Positions 48,901-60,985 are shown, counted from the first letter of the stretch. The stretch is 64,000 bases of DNA from Raillietiella orientalis (GCA_036172245.1 JAYWIR010000005.1:2170001-2234000), one strand, 5' to 3'. Numbers and translations: made by a program. Notes: generated by a model not told the origin, from the sequence alone.

Positions 48901-51900
48901 ATTTTGCCTCCGATACGGAGGGGATCACGACCGTTCCCCTTCAGAGCGGCACTCGCCGCCACGCTCGTTTGCCTCCGAGCGTCCCTGCAAGTGCGCCTGC
49001 GAAGCACACGGAGGAGACGAAAGATCGCGGTGGTGATAAGGAGGATGGGATGATGATCAGGAGGAAGGAGGAAAGTGGAAGTGGAAGGAGGAGGAAAAGA
49101 ATGAAGGGAGAAGGAAGGATACAGGAAGTAGAAAAGAAGAGGGAGGAAGAGGAGGGAAAGTCGTGGAAAGGAGGAGAGGGAAGAGATCGGTGTGGCTGAA
49201 GAAGAAGAGGAAGAAAAGCGCGAGACCCTTACTACACTTGAGAGGTCCCTCAATTAAGGAAATGGGGGTACTTATGGAAGCGAGATCCATACCCCCCTCT
49301 TTCCTTCGACATTGCGGTAGTGACTCGCCCCGCCTCAAGCAGGTGAAGATTCGTCGACCTCCCTCCACTTCCGTACTCCTGTCGTCCATCGTGACGCCAG
49401 CAATCGGGCAGCAGTAAAGTCGCAGTGAATTGGGCTCTCTGGGAGCGCTTCTGTACTAGCGAAGATCCGACTGTCTTGACTCCTTCTAGCCTCCGTCTTC
49501 TCGGAGGAGCAGGGATGGGGGGGAAAACCGTCCCTCCTGCTGGATAGGGATGGTCTCTCCCGCTGCTGTTGCCTGGAAGCGAGGAGAACGGGGCGCCCAC
49601 ATGCGGCCGCGTCCCTCTTGGCCCGTTCCCTCCCAGTTTTTCCTGATCGTAAGGGCAGTGTGCGCTCTCTGGCGCAGTGATCGGCAGCCAACAGCTTGCG
49701 TAGACAGAATGCACCCTCTGACTGAGCCCACGGTCCTGACCTTGGCATGCGCGAGCGACGCTCTCCGATGGCTTGTCTCCTAAGATCACGCATCCCTGAA
49801 GACGCGCATTTTTTCGTGATCCTCTGCGTCGGACTCCCGCCTTTTCCACGAAGAAAGTTTCCGGCCCCTCTACTGCCATGATGGCCCAGCGACCATCTCT
49901 CTCGTTCGGAAGACGCGGATGGAAGTAGCAGTCGCTGGACCTCCGGACCCCTCTTTCTCCCCCTTCTTTCCCTTTTCCCTTCTGTTCTCTTCTGAATTCT
50001 TCGAGACGGATCGCTTGCACGATAGACCCTGAGCTCCCGGATCGTCCTCTTCGGAAAGCGCGTGCCTCGGGCAAGACTGGCTGGCGCGACCTTTGCCTTC
50101 CCTTACAGATCCTGTTCTCCGGAGATCAGGCGGCCGCAGTGGAATTCTACAGGCACGGGAGGAAGTACGTGGCTCTTCCCAGGAGGGAAATCATCGTATG
50201 CGCCGGAGCCTTTGGGAGCCCTCAGATTCTCATGCTGTCCGGGATCGGTCCAGAGGATGAGCTCCGGAAGCACGAAGTGAGTGTGCGGGGCAGGGTGGGG
50301 AGGCCGATCCGCGGGCCCACTCCAGACCAACCTCCTTTGCTTACCCCTTTCCCTGCTTTCCGGGAGCAGATACCTGTGGTCACAGACCTTCCGGTGGGCA
50401 GGAACATGGAAAGCCATGTGGCGGTCGGAGGAATCACCTTCTCCCTGAACAGCAGCTTGTCCCTCCTACTGCTGCCCAGCATCACGAACCCCGCCTTGCT
50501 GCTGCAGTACATCTTCACGGGAAAAGGTACGAACCATTTCTCACCCTCTCACGCTTCCTTCCTGCACCGGGACTCTCGAAATTCTCTCGTCCAAGACCAG
50601 ATCAGGGATCTGAGAGGGAGGGAGGACCATACCTCGCGAGGGCACCTCTTCATCATCTCTTCCTCCTCCTTGACCACCTCGGGATTTTTTCTCTCTTCCG
50701 CCTCCTCTACTTTCTCTTCTTTCTCTTTCTCCTCCTCCTTCTCCATCATGACTACCCAGTAGGAGGAAGGGTGCACGGAATGACCCGCATTTTGATCCAC
50801 CGTGCTCCTTTAAGAAGCATCTGGATTGAGCACTATTCTCTTCGGCTGCTTGACCTCTTGTGTCCACCTCCGATTTGGGAAGGATAAATCTCAGCTGGTG
50901 TTAAGAGTTCCTCCTGCTTTCTTTTTTTTTTCATCTTCTCCTTTTTCAGCATCCGTTTTTGCCTATTGGATCGAACTCGAGGTGTCATGCAGGGCATACC
51001 GGAGATCTTCATTGGTCTTCCGTTTAGAGCCCTTGTTAGAAGGACGAGAAGCGACCCTGGCGTGGCAGCGAGCCAATTCTCATCCCGGTTCCCTCTCCCT
51101 AGATAAATACCTGACGGAGCTAAAGAGCCTCCCATGGGAATCCGTTTTTATTGGTGGCTGCCCACGCACCCCTTTCCTCGTCCCTAGAGACTCGTTCCGA
51201 CCCTTCCTGGAACGAAACCCCCACACGGTGGCTCAAGCGTTCCCATCCCGTCTCCAGGGTCGCTTCTTCTCTTCTCCCTGTCCCACTTAGAAGTGCGGCC
51301 CACTGAAAACGAATCCGCGGAACAAACGCGCCCCCTGGGAGGCTTCTCTGAGCCTGTAGAGCACACAGGCGCTGCGTCAGGCAGGGCCTGGCAGACGCGA
51401 CAGTAGTACCACCTGCTCCTCGGTGCTCTTCACCTTTGAGCGTGCGCAGGAAAGCAGCGGCGTGTTCGGGAGCCCGCAAACGTCTGATGAGGACGACGTG
51501 GGCTCCTGCCCGTCGGCCAAGCCACGCCGAAGACGGCCGCTGCGCTGGAAGAGACGCAGCGCACGACGCGTCTCCGCGAACTTATCCGTCATCCGTTGCG
51601 GACCTTCTTCGCGTTCTCTTAAAGGGCGGAACGGCGGAGAAAACCAGGAGCAACCAAGCAGCAGCGAGTGCCACGGGGGAGTGGATGAGAGGATGGATGG
51701 GGAACGCCTCCCTCAGCTTCCACTCTCCGGAGCCAAGGAATACGCGCCTTGAGAGGACGGAGATGCGTATCGATCGAGCGTCCAGGTGACAGCGGGAACG
51801 AAGGAAAAAGTCAACCGGCGGCATCCGAGAAAGGAAATGAGGATGCGGCGGCGAAATCTATGGAAACGAGAAGCAGTGGTGCTGGATCAATCTTCGGATC

Positions 51901-54900
51901 GCGGGATGGAACCGGCTCTGCGCGCGCCGCTGATGACTTAAGTGGTTTCGAATGCCGGTAATTTCGGGCACTTACGGAAGAATGCTTTCGGAGCGTGCCA
52001 TCCGGATGTGCGGCCGCGAGCAAGACCGAATTCCCGGGGGAATCCGCTCACGTGAACCCATGCCTTGCCGCAAGGAAACCGGCGGTGAGGCCCCAGCGGC
52101 ATCTTCGAGAGGAAGATACGATCCAAAACTCCACCGGCAGCAGAGAAAGACGTTACGCGGAAAGACTCAAGCAGGAAGGCGATAGAAGAACGACGCCGCC
52201 AGTGGGGAAGAGACCGCCGACAGCGCTCATCGCGGTGCGCACCTTCAGGAAGAGTTTTCGATTTCAGCTCAAAGGACAGCGCGGCGCGAGACCCCGGCTG
52301 GCGTCTGGGCGACGCAGGCTGCAAAGAAGAGGAGGCAACGGTCTTAGGGGATTCTGGAGACAGTCCGAAATGCAACGGGAAGAGACCCCTTGGAAGTAAG
52401 CTGGGAAGACATGCGCTTTAAGGATTCTTTCCGGCTCACATGGAATCCTATCGTCTTCCTCCTCCTTCTCCTCCTCTTCTTGCTTACTTCCTCTTTCCTT
52501 ATTCCTCTTCTTACCTTTATCTTTCTCTTCTTTCTCTTCCCTTCCTTTTCCTCTTCTTCCTTTTCCTCTTCTTTCTCTTTCCTTCCTTTTCCTCTTCTTC
52601 CTTTCCCTCTTCTTTCTCTTCCCTTCTTCTTCCTCCTCCTTTCCTCTTCTTCCCTTCCTCCTCCAGTCTTGTCCTTCTCCAACTCGCTTCCTCCACTTCC
52701 GTGCCTCATTCCACCGTTTTCTTCCTGGCGGTCAGCGCTCAAGTCGGAAGCTCCTCAGCACAAATGCACTTTACTGAGTGACCACCCAGACGTAGCCCTG
52801 GGCTTCCCATGCAACGTCGCTTGGGGGTACTCAAGAATGCGGAAAACGGGCGGGGTTCTCGAGACTTTTTCAGGGGAGGGAATGAGATGATACCCTGCAG
52901 CGAGGCTTCGTTCCGGTCTTTCGGATCCGCACTGCTCGAGGCACTTTGATGAGAGTCGTCTACGTAGGCGCACCGTCCGAGCTTCTCTCCTTCTTCTTTA
53001 GCATCCTTTGAGAGGGGGGAGCGAATGCGAGAGCACTTCGGTCTCCACGGTTACCGCGAGCATCAAGGGGGGTTTCCTCCCTCGCTCCGCGGACACGCAG
53101 GAGTTTCCTGAGGCTCCAAAGGAGGGACGTCTGCATTGCTCTCGCCGCGCGGCATGGGATCGAAGACCCACCGAGGCACCCTCGCACCCCAGGGAGCGGG
53201 CTAGAGTGGAACGGAAGTGGCGCTTCCTCTACTCCAGACTCTTTCCTCATTTCAGGACCGCCACGCAGCATCTTAGCAAACCCTCCCTGCCCCGTTTTCT
53301 CCCTCTTTTCAAGATCCCCCGATGCCTCTCCTTCCCTCCCTGGCAACCGAAAGTCTTCCCTCCTCACCGTCTTTCTTGCAGGGATACTCAGCGCCTGCCC
53401 CATAGAGGGTCTGGCCTTCTTGAACACCCCGTACAACACGGACAAGGACTGGCCAGACGTGGAGCTCGAGTTCTCTACCTTCAACTTCATCGGGAACGAA
53501 GGAGGAGAGGTCATCCCCCGCGTGCTCAACCTTAGAAAGGAGGTGAGGCCCTCGGGCGGGTTCTGGGATGCCTCCCTGGGATGAGCGCGCTTCCTTCCGA
53601 AAAGACGCGGGGGAGGTGAGGCCGCTTGCGTTCAGAGATCACCGGAGGCGGCCCGTCGGGTCTCTCCGTGCAGCGGGCAACCTGTCCTGAAGGAATGCCC
53701 CTCCTGAAAAAAGAGGAGGCGCGCGGCACTCTCGTCCGTTCGAGGGTGCTGCTGGTGGTCCTCGGGGTCTGGCAGCGCCCCGGGGCGTGCATGACGCGAG
53801 AGCACTCATTCACTCCTCCCACCCTTGTTTTCTCTTGTGAGAGAGCTGCCTCGCTTGTTCCGTGGGAGAATGCTCCGCACACGCCCGCAGAGGGATGATG
53901 GGCTCTGGACCGAAGGCGAGCGAGCGAATCGTGCAAAGCGCCTCCAGGTGGTTTGCAGCGGAGGTCAAAGTTCGTCTGCCGGAGGTGTGAGGCCTCTCCC
54001 ATACCTCACGGGTCTGGACTCTGAAGACTCGGCGAGACGCGCGCCACCGCCTTCGCGGGCGCATTCGGGGGTGATGTAGAATCCTCTTCTACCGCATCTT
54101 CCGAGATAGCAGACTCTCAGGAGCCCTGCGCCTCCCGGTGGAGCGTCCTTCTCCCTGTCAAGGTGGTCACTCCGAGGACGCCCATCGCCAGTGGTCTCGA
54201 GCTGGAAGCGTCGATTTTCCGCCACGCCGCGGGCGGCGCTCTTCAGATCATCTGTGGGCTCCAGGAGCTTCCTCGTTCTTCCGATCTCCCTGTCGGATCT
54301 CCCCCGCGGCGCGCATCCATCGGGTTCCGCACAGCCATCGTGTGCGGAAAGGGCTGCACAAGACCGAGGGCGTCAACTCCCGCTACAAGCAGCTGCACCC
54401 CGCTCACGTGAAATGAGACCGGAAGCTCTTGCTCCTTGACCCTCCCGACCTGCCCTTGAGACAGGCGGGAGTGGGTGATTGCGGCAGGCAGCCTTGACAG
54501 CAGCGCGTGATGGAAACACCGTCAGATCTGGCTGGGTAGTCCTTGGGTAGTCGCACTGGAGTTATCGTGATTATCTCTCCTTCCATGAGGTCTTGCTTCA
54601 GCTCTTCCTCCTGTTCTCCCTCCCTTCCCTCTCTTCCCTTCCCCCTCCTCTCTTCTTCCTCTTCCTTTTCCTCTCCTCCCTTATTCCCCTCCCCTTCCCT
54701 TCCTTCCTACCCTCTTCTCCTGCTGACTGGTTATGAGCTCGCGAACGTACTGGAGGTGGTTAAATGTTCGCTCCAGAACTGAGTGCGGCATCGCTCGAGC
54801 GCTTTTTCCGGATGCTGCGCAGTACCGATCTTAATGCGGTCTGGCGGAGATGCCCGTTTTCGGATTCCTCTCTTCGTAAAGAGCTTCCCTCCTGCGCAGC

Positions 54901-56644
54901 TGGTGGAGCTCCCCTTCTCTGGCGCTGCTGCTCCTCCAACAGGAGGGAAGTGGGAGATTCCGACTGGAATCCTTCGACTTCTGTCATTGAACTCCGTGGT
55001 CTCCGCCGTGCGCCTTTGAGAAGCTGCCTGCGAGGTCGCACTTCTTTCTCGGGTTTCCATGCGACTCTCTTGGAAACGCTTCTGCGGGCTCGCGGAGAGT
55101 TCCTGTGGCACTTCCTGAAGACCTACCGCTTCCCAGGAACTGTGTGTGCTCGCTGAGCCGCTTTCTTCTGCTTGGAAAATTTCATTCCGAAGAGACCATG
55201 CAGGAAGCTGCTCCTTAGCTCCTGGACCTTGCCAATCCTGCGGTTCGACTCCGGATCGGCGAAGAGGTCTTCCTCAGGAGAAGGACCAGCGAGTGCTGAA
55301 CCTTTCTGTTTCTGCATCCGAGATCTCTGATGCAGAAACAGGGAGCCCATTTTTCGCTTCTTTGTCTTCAAATGCTTCTTCGGCTGGGTCATCCACCAGT
55401 CCTCCGTTTCTCCCGGAGTCCTGCCTGAAGATGCTACCCCTTTTTTTCGCGCCTTTCCAGCACCAGATTTATCCTTCCCATCCTCTCTTCTTCCTTCTCT
55501 TTCTTCACCTTCCTCTTCCTCTTCCTTTCTCCTTTTTTTCTTACTTTTTTTCTCCTCTTTCTCCTGATCATTATCCCTACCCCCTATTTTCACCTTCCCC
55601 ATCACCACCGCGATCCTCCTTCTTATTATTATCCATCCCTTTCCGTCCCTTTCTTCTTCCTGCCTTTTCATCAGCTCCTCCTCTCCGGGTCCATGGAACA
55701 ACGTCGCCCAGGAGATTCTGTCTTCAACTCCCGCCGGCCGCTTCTGGAGGCTGCCGCATCGCTCGGAGCGGGCAATTTGCGGCTCTAGAGGAGGAGGAAA
55801 CCCCTCAGAAGGGATCGTTTCCATGGGAACCGGATGCTCTCTCTCCCCATTCGCGTTTGTCAGGGAGTAGGAAGGCACTTGAGACCTGAAGGGTGATGGA
55901 GGGAAAGGCAAGCGGGTGCGCGCGGTCGCTGCGGGAGCGCGCCAGTTGCCTGCAGAGGCAGCAGGAGGATGGTAGCAGAAAGGAGAGGAGGGAGAGAGAG
56001 TTCATCCCTCCGTCTTTGCTCCGCAGATTATGGAGGTGTACCGGCCGCTGTTCCACAAGCACAGCGTCCACGTCACGCTCTACGTGAACCGGCCGAAGAG
56101 CAGGGGTTACGTGACCCTCCGAAGCAGTGACCCCTTTTCGCCGCCGGTCATCAAGCGCAACTGGTTCACTCACCCGGACGACATGCGCAGGACTCTCGAG
56201 GGCATTCGCACCATCTTCAAGGTCATGAAGACGGAGGCCTTCAGGAAGCTCGGCACCCGCTTCTTCCCGTCCGTGCTTCCCGGCTGCAAGCACCTGGAGC
56301 CCTTCAGCTATGAATACTGGGAGTGCCACGTGCGGACGTTCAGCTGGACGCGCTGGCACGAGACCGGCACCTGCAGGATGGGCGTCCGGGACAACAACTC
56401 CGTCGTGGATGCCAGACTCAGGTGCTGCTCCCCTCCAAGAAGCGAGAGGGCGAGGCGCTCCTTCCCGGTCCTTTCCCACTGACCCCTGATCTTTCTTCCC
56501 AGGGTCCACGGCATCAGAGGCCTCCGCGTAGCCGACGCGTCCGTCTTCCCCCAGATGATCTCGGGCAACCCGCAGGCGGCCTGCTACATGGTCGGGGAGA
56601 AGGCCGCCGACCTCATCAAGGAGGACTGGGGCGACCTGGGGTAG
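39850..56644 (+). CDS. GMC oxidoreductase (glucose dehydrogenase [FAD, quinone]-like), 10 coding exons: join(39850-39994,41988-42190,44304-44493,45801-45938,46325-46446,50109-50276,50370-50526,53382-53542,56027-56421,56503-56644); 1821 nt, ~606 aa
   Basis: All introns are GT-AG with consistent phases (1,0,1,1,0,0,1,0,2), and the joined length is divisible by 3. Family motifs: [21 protein letters not shown] (FAD-binding GxGxxG), [57 protein letters not shown] (catalytic His), [41 protein letters not shown] (catalytic Asn). Hydrophobic N-terminus [14 protein letters not shown]. The start codon is the least certain part. Confidence 0.93.
41988..42190 (+). CDS. GMC oxidoreductase exon 2 (Rossmann GxGxxG)
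   Basis: Acceptor cccattccctttcag; [28 protein letters not shown]...[18 protein letters not shown]; donor GTAAGT at 42191. Confidence 0.95.
44304..44493 (+). CDS. GMC oxidoreductase exon 3
   Basis: Acceptor tcttctccttcag; [53 protein letters not shown]; donor GTGAGT at 44494. Confidence 0.95.
45350..45590 (+). repeat. Degenerate ~15-bp pyrimidine minisatellite (TCCACTTCCTTCACA-like) in GMC intron 3
   Basis: Recurrent TCCAC units at ~15-nt period. Confidence 0.7.
45801..45938 (+). CDS. GMC oxidoreductase exon 4
   Basis: [45 protein letters not shown]; acceptor ttcaag, donor G|GTAGGG. Confidence 0.9.
46325..46446 (+). CDS. GMC oxidoreductase exon 5
   Basis: [41 protein letters not shown]; acceptor ctctcttag, donor AAG|GTGAAA. 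Confidence 0.92.
50109..50276 (+). CDS. GMC oxidoreductase exon 6
   Basis: [56 protein letters not shown]; acceptor ttcccttacag, donor GTGAGT. Confidence 0.94.
50370..50526 (+). CDS. GMC oxidoreductase exon 7
   Basis: [24 protein letters not shown]...[10 protein letters not shown]; preceded by a 93-nt GT-AG intron; donor AAG|GTACGA. Confidence 0.9.
52455..52700 (+). repeat. Long polypyrimidine (CT-rich) low-complexity tract; similar tracts at ~47855-47980, 49040-49215 (purine), 50655-50745, 54600-54720, 55470-55680, 59130-59280
   Basis: Near-pure C/T (or G/A) runs of 100-250 nt, seen directly. Confidence 0.85.
53382..53542 (+). CDS. GMC oxidoreductase exon 8 (not present as an ORF in the supplied track)
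   Basis: Acceptor ctttcttgcag; [54 protein letters not shown]; donor GAG|GTGAGG. Confidence 0.92.
56027..56421 (+). CDS. GMC oxidoreductase exon 9 (catalytic His)
   Basis: Acceptor ctttgctccgcag; IMEVYRPLF...[16 protein letters not shown]...[23 protein letters not shown]...VVDARL; weak donor AG|GTGCTG. Confidence 0.93.
56503..56644 (+). CDS. GMC oxidoreductase exon 10 (terminal)
   Basis: Acceptor ctttcttcccag; [49 protein letters not shown] at 56642-56644. Confidence 0.95.
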
Positions 56645-57089
56645 CCGAGGTCAAAGCTCCCGCCGCCCGAGCGGTGGTGCCTAGTCATCTCCCCGTCTCC
56701 TTGGAGCCGGATACTCTCTCTCCACCCCCTCCCCTCCGCCCGCCCACCCGACGTCGCGCCTCGCGAGGAACCGATTCGCCGAGCTCGTGTCGGGAGCGCG
56801 ATCGCCAGGGCCACCGCCGATTTTGCTCAAGCTCCCTGGAGGCAGCCCTCTCTCGTCCCGGTGAATCGACCTTTCCTCCCTTCCCTCTGGTCCATCGCCA
56901 AGAGGAACCACGAAAATACAAGAGCAGCAGCAGTAGCACACGTCAGGCTCGCCGAGCCTACCGTTCGGACTCTCTTACGGTGGCTTCCGCGGGATGGACT
57001 GGGACGCTTCGCGTACCTCGCCGAAGGAAGTGAGGTGGCAGGGAGGGGTCACCGAGAGCGTTCGGTCAGGTCATCCAGCCCCGCGCTTG

Positions 57090-57226
57090 CTGGCCTTTGC
57101 AAAGACTCCGTACAACGTGGACTAGGACTGGACGGACGTGGTGTGCTCGCGCCCTCGACCTTCGACTTGGTCGGGAACGGGGAGGGACGAGGTCATCCCC
57201 CGAATGTGTCAACCTGAGAAGGGGGG
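57090..57226 (+). pseudogene. Decayed duplicate of GMC exon 8
   Basis: Reads LAFAKTPYNVD*DWTDV / STFDLVGNG / EVIPR / NLR against exon 8 [17 protein letters not shown] / STFNFIGNE / EVIPR / NLR. In-frame TAG at 57123-57125, small indels, donor GT lost. Confidence 0.85.
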
Positions 57227-59829
57227 CTGCAACCTTCGGACGATGAGCTTCAGCTGAGTCCCTGGATCATGCGCGACCCCAACACAGCTGGAGACGGGGT
57301 GGGCGGGTGGCTCAGGAAGCTCCGGATCTTCCCGGGTCGCTCTTGACGTCCATGACAACCCGAGACTTCGTGTTAACGCTTCCAGCCTCTGTCACCGCCA
57401 CTTTCCCCGCGAGCCCGTTCGTCTGCTGCAGCTGCTTGGAATCGCCTCTGGACAGCTCCTCCCGTCGACGGCGGGGGCGCAGCGGAGACATCGGTACCGC
57501 AGGGTCCGAGGGAAGAGAACGACAGGGGGTGCCTCCCAGGAATCTACGCCGGAAGGGAAGAGCATACTCCCGCATCCCCTACCCGCTTCGCGGGGGAGGT
57601 CGACCAAAAGCGTCCCTTCTTTTTCCGCTCTTCTCGGAGGAACGGGGTGGAGCTTCCTTGCAGGGGCTTCCCGAGCGCGCGGAGACCTTCTCCAAGGAAG
57701 CCGCAGGACACCTTCGACCTTGCCGCTCCACTCACCTAGCGCAGCCTCTCAGAGTCTTCGGACGGCATCCCGCCCCCAGACAGGGAAGGCAGAAGACTGT
57801 CTGAAAAAAATCTCTCTCCTCCCTTCTCTGCCCTCCAGCTTCGGTGGATCGGTAGAGTTTCGGTAGTGCTCTAGGGGCTGCTCGTTCCATGGAAACCAGC
57901 CTGCGGATGCCGGAGCGCATGAATGTTCGTTCCCATGAAGCCCCGAGGCGCCCTGGCTCACATAATGTTTTAGAGGTGCCATAGCCGTCTGTCCGGAACT
58001 CTCCTGTACGCCAACGTTCCCAATCTTTACCTCAGGAGTCGCGCCCCGGAACCCTTCGGCGAGCGGAGACGCTCAGGCGGAAACGAGCGCTTCCGGCAGT
58101 GACCGTGCGCGAAAAGCCGTCCGTCTCTAGGACGAACGCCTTTGACCGAGGCTCGGAAGGTGCCCACCGGAACCGAGAGCGAGAGACGGCGGAGCTTCTC
58201 CTGCCAACCAGGATTGATCCTCTCATCCGTGCCTTCCCCTCCGGCTGACTGCCCGAGGCCTCGTGCGAACCAACTTTTCCCAGGCTCTTACTTTCCTCTT
58301 CCTCCTCCTCCCTTCCTCTTCTTCCCTTCCTCTCCTCGTGCCCTCCGGGTCAGCAGGTGCGCTTCCGCGAGGCGCTCCCTCCGCACGCAGGCAGGGCGAC
58401 GGTTCCGCGCACCTCGCACAACAGGCGAACGTTCCCCTGCGCAAGAGTCCGTCCCGAAGACGGAGGGCAGATTCTCCCCTGGGAACGCCTTCAACTTCGA
58501 AGTCCGAGGACCAGGAGGAGGAGGACAGTGGTAGCATAGGTGAGAGGACACGGGGAGGAAGAGGAAGAAGACCACTCCGAGAAGCTGTCCCCTGGTGGTG
58601 ATTGCGGACCCCGGTGGCAAGCGACTTGTTTGGGCCTTTTCCAAAGATGGCGTCTTAAGGCAGGGAGGAAACGGGAAAGATGCTTTCAAACTGCCAAGTA
58701 GAGACACCTCCCACCTTCAAACGGAAGCATCCTTGAACCCGACTTGGGATGCATCTGTCTATACTAGGCTCCGGACTGCCAAAGCCCTTCACCTGCTCGC
58801 CCCCATTTCAAGTGTGCGGGTCCCGAGGTGGTGGTGCTCAAAGTAGGACCTCCCCACCCTGGATGCCTAGAAGAAGCGTCTCATCCGGTTCTGCTCCTTC
58901 GTCGTCCTCGCCAGGACTCAGGTTGCGTGCTGCAAAAGAAGCTTACGGCGCTGCCTCTAGGGGAGCCGCGGGGGGGGGGGGGGGGCGAAAACCGACGGAC
59001 GACTTCCAGGCGCCTCCATGCCCAAGATTCCCTTGAACTGTCCGCCAACGGGAATCGGCCCACTGAACAGACAGCCCACCTGTGGACCACTGGTGCGCAG
59101 GGTTGAAGAGGCGCTTCGTCCTTCTCCCCTCCTGCTCCTCCTCCTACTTTTTCTCCTCCTCCCTTTCCATTCCTTCCTCCGAATGTCAAGGAAGGGGAAG
59201 AAGAGGAGGAGGAAGGGAGGGGGAATAAGAGAAGAGGAGGAGGAGGGAGGAATGAAGAGAAAGAAGAAGGGAAGGGATGAAGAGGATTGCTACACTACTC
59301 ATCATCATCTTACTGTCAGCCTCACCCCGTGCTTCTCCTCGTTCTCATCCCCTTACTACACCCCACTACTCCACTCTCACTACATCTGCTTATAAATATC
59401 CTTGTCTTCACTTCCGAAGTTACCAGTGCTGCTATTCTACCGCTACTAATGTGCCATTACTCACTGTCCTTCTACTTCTTGTAGGTCTAGCAGCTCTTCT
59501 ACTGCTGCCAGGAGTAGTAGGAATGCTGCTGGTTGCTTTCACTCCTCTTCCTCCTACTCCTATCTTCACCTCCATTCTTCCTGTTTCTTCCCCCGCTTCT
59601 GAAGCTGCTTCCACCCTCTATTCTGCCTCTTCTCCTTCAGCCGCGCTCCCATCCTCCTCTCACCCCATTCTCGCTCCTGGAATTTGTTGGAGTCCACGGG
59701 CACGGCTTGGGTACCTTCTCCAAGCCCTTAGAGGCACCTCGGATTACCTGCCTCGCCCTCCTCCTACCGCTGGAGCGCCAGCATGAGCAGGATGAAAGCC
59801 TTAGGGCCATTTTCTCTCAGAGGGGTGCA

Positions 59830-60580
59830 AGATGACCCCCAAATTGCAGGACACTTGAAGTAGGCGAAGTCTCAAGGAAAGGAGGAATCCATTGCAGGTG
59901 TTCCGAGACGTTCAGTCCAAGTGAATGGACTAAGTCGAAGGAAAAAAAAAAGAGATCATGCTGAGTCCGTGAAGAATCTCCCAAGGGTTTGATCTTCATA
60001 ATGGACGCCCTCTGGGCACGGAATAAAAGGTGGAGAAGGAAGACACAGAACTGAGGATGCAGGCGGATGTGCCTGGCTCTCTGGAGCAGACCGAGTCTAG
60101 TTTGGACCCTACGTGCCATCTCGTTCCTTTCGTCAGTTGGATCGTTCCAGCATTTCCGTCCATAGGAATAGATGGCGATCACTCCGAGTCTCCCAGTGCG
60201 CTGCTGGGGTTCTTCCTAGTCGGAATGGAGACGTCGACGTCGAGCAACCTGAAAGCAGATTTGGTCAAGGATGCCCTGAATACAGCCAGCCTCAAGACTG
60301 CCTCTACATCTTTGGTTTGCGTCATAGGAAGTCCACGTTGGTGGTCGTCTGGCTACGGCGGACTCCGCTCGTGGCGCCAGACGTCGCGGGTTCGAATCCC
60401 CAAGTGAAGGTCGACGTCGGGAAATAGATACATCGTAGGTTTCGGATCTCCCCCGCAGGATGACATTGATTGGCCTACAGACTTTGGGTGCTGTACTGGA
60501 TGAAGCAGGAAACCGGATACCCTTGTTGACTGGTCGAGATTTACCCCCCAGAGTGACCTACCTCCCAGAGTGCTTCTGAG
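59830..60580 (-). mobile_element. Fossil LINE RT/thumb region (CR1/L2/Jockey-like), interrupted by a tRNA-like insert
   Basis: PVNKGI / LLHPV / INVI / MYLFPDV, then LGVI...WND...ARRVQTRLGLLQRAR...LGDSS, in RT-to-thumb order with frameshifts. Confidence 0.45.
60331..60410 (+). mobile_element. tRNA-derived SINE head or tRNA pseudogene
   Basis: A-box-like TGGTCGTCTGG (60342-60352) and B-box GGTTCGAATCC (60389-60399) at tRNA spacing; the stems do not pair fully. Confidence 0.45.
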
Positions 60581-60604
60581 AATCAAGGAGCTGTCTCCCC
60601 AGGC

Positions 60605-60985
60605 AGAGTCTCTCCATCGTGTACCATGGAGCTGACTGATCCCCCTTTGGGGAGTGACGCTACAAGAGTGTCACAAACACGCTGCTTTTTTCGGGAAGTG
60701 CCCTTCAGAGTAATTTGGAGGCATCCCTTCGGGATTCTCTTCTGAGGAGGAGAGGAACAAAGAAAGGTTCACTTGCGGGCTTCCTCTGGAAAAGAAATTC
60801 AGGGGAGGATCCCTGGTTCCCTTTAGAGACTAAGTGAGAAGAGGCCTCCGCAAACTATGGGGTCCCTCCGGAGAGAAGAAGGAAGAAGAGGTTCCTTTCG
60901 GGGTTCCCTCCCAAGCATGAAAGAAACGGCCTCCTTCCTACGGCGTCTTCCTGAATTCATACGGTGTTCCCTCCGAAGTTGTCCC
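60605..60985 (+). repeat. Dispersed repeat family A, copy 6
   Basis: CCTCCGGAGAGAA...TTCCCTCCCAAGCATGAAAGAAAC matches 15357-15420. Confidence 0.75.

Noticed and set aside
52344..52890. Hydrophobic or Lys/Glu-rich ORFs here and at 55123-55911 and 59277-59786
   Set aside because: These are translations of CT/GA and trinucleotide low-complexity tracts, not membrane or coiled-coil proteins.
60331..60410. Functional tRNA gene
   Set aside because: The acceptor and T stems do not pair properly; treated as SINE-like or pseudogene.
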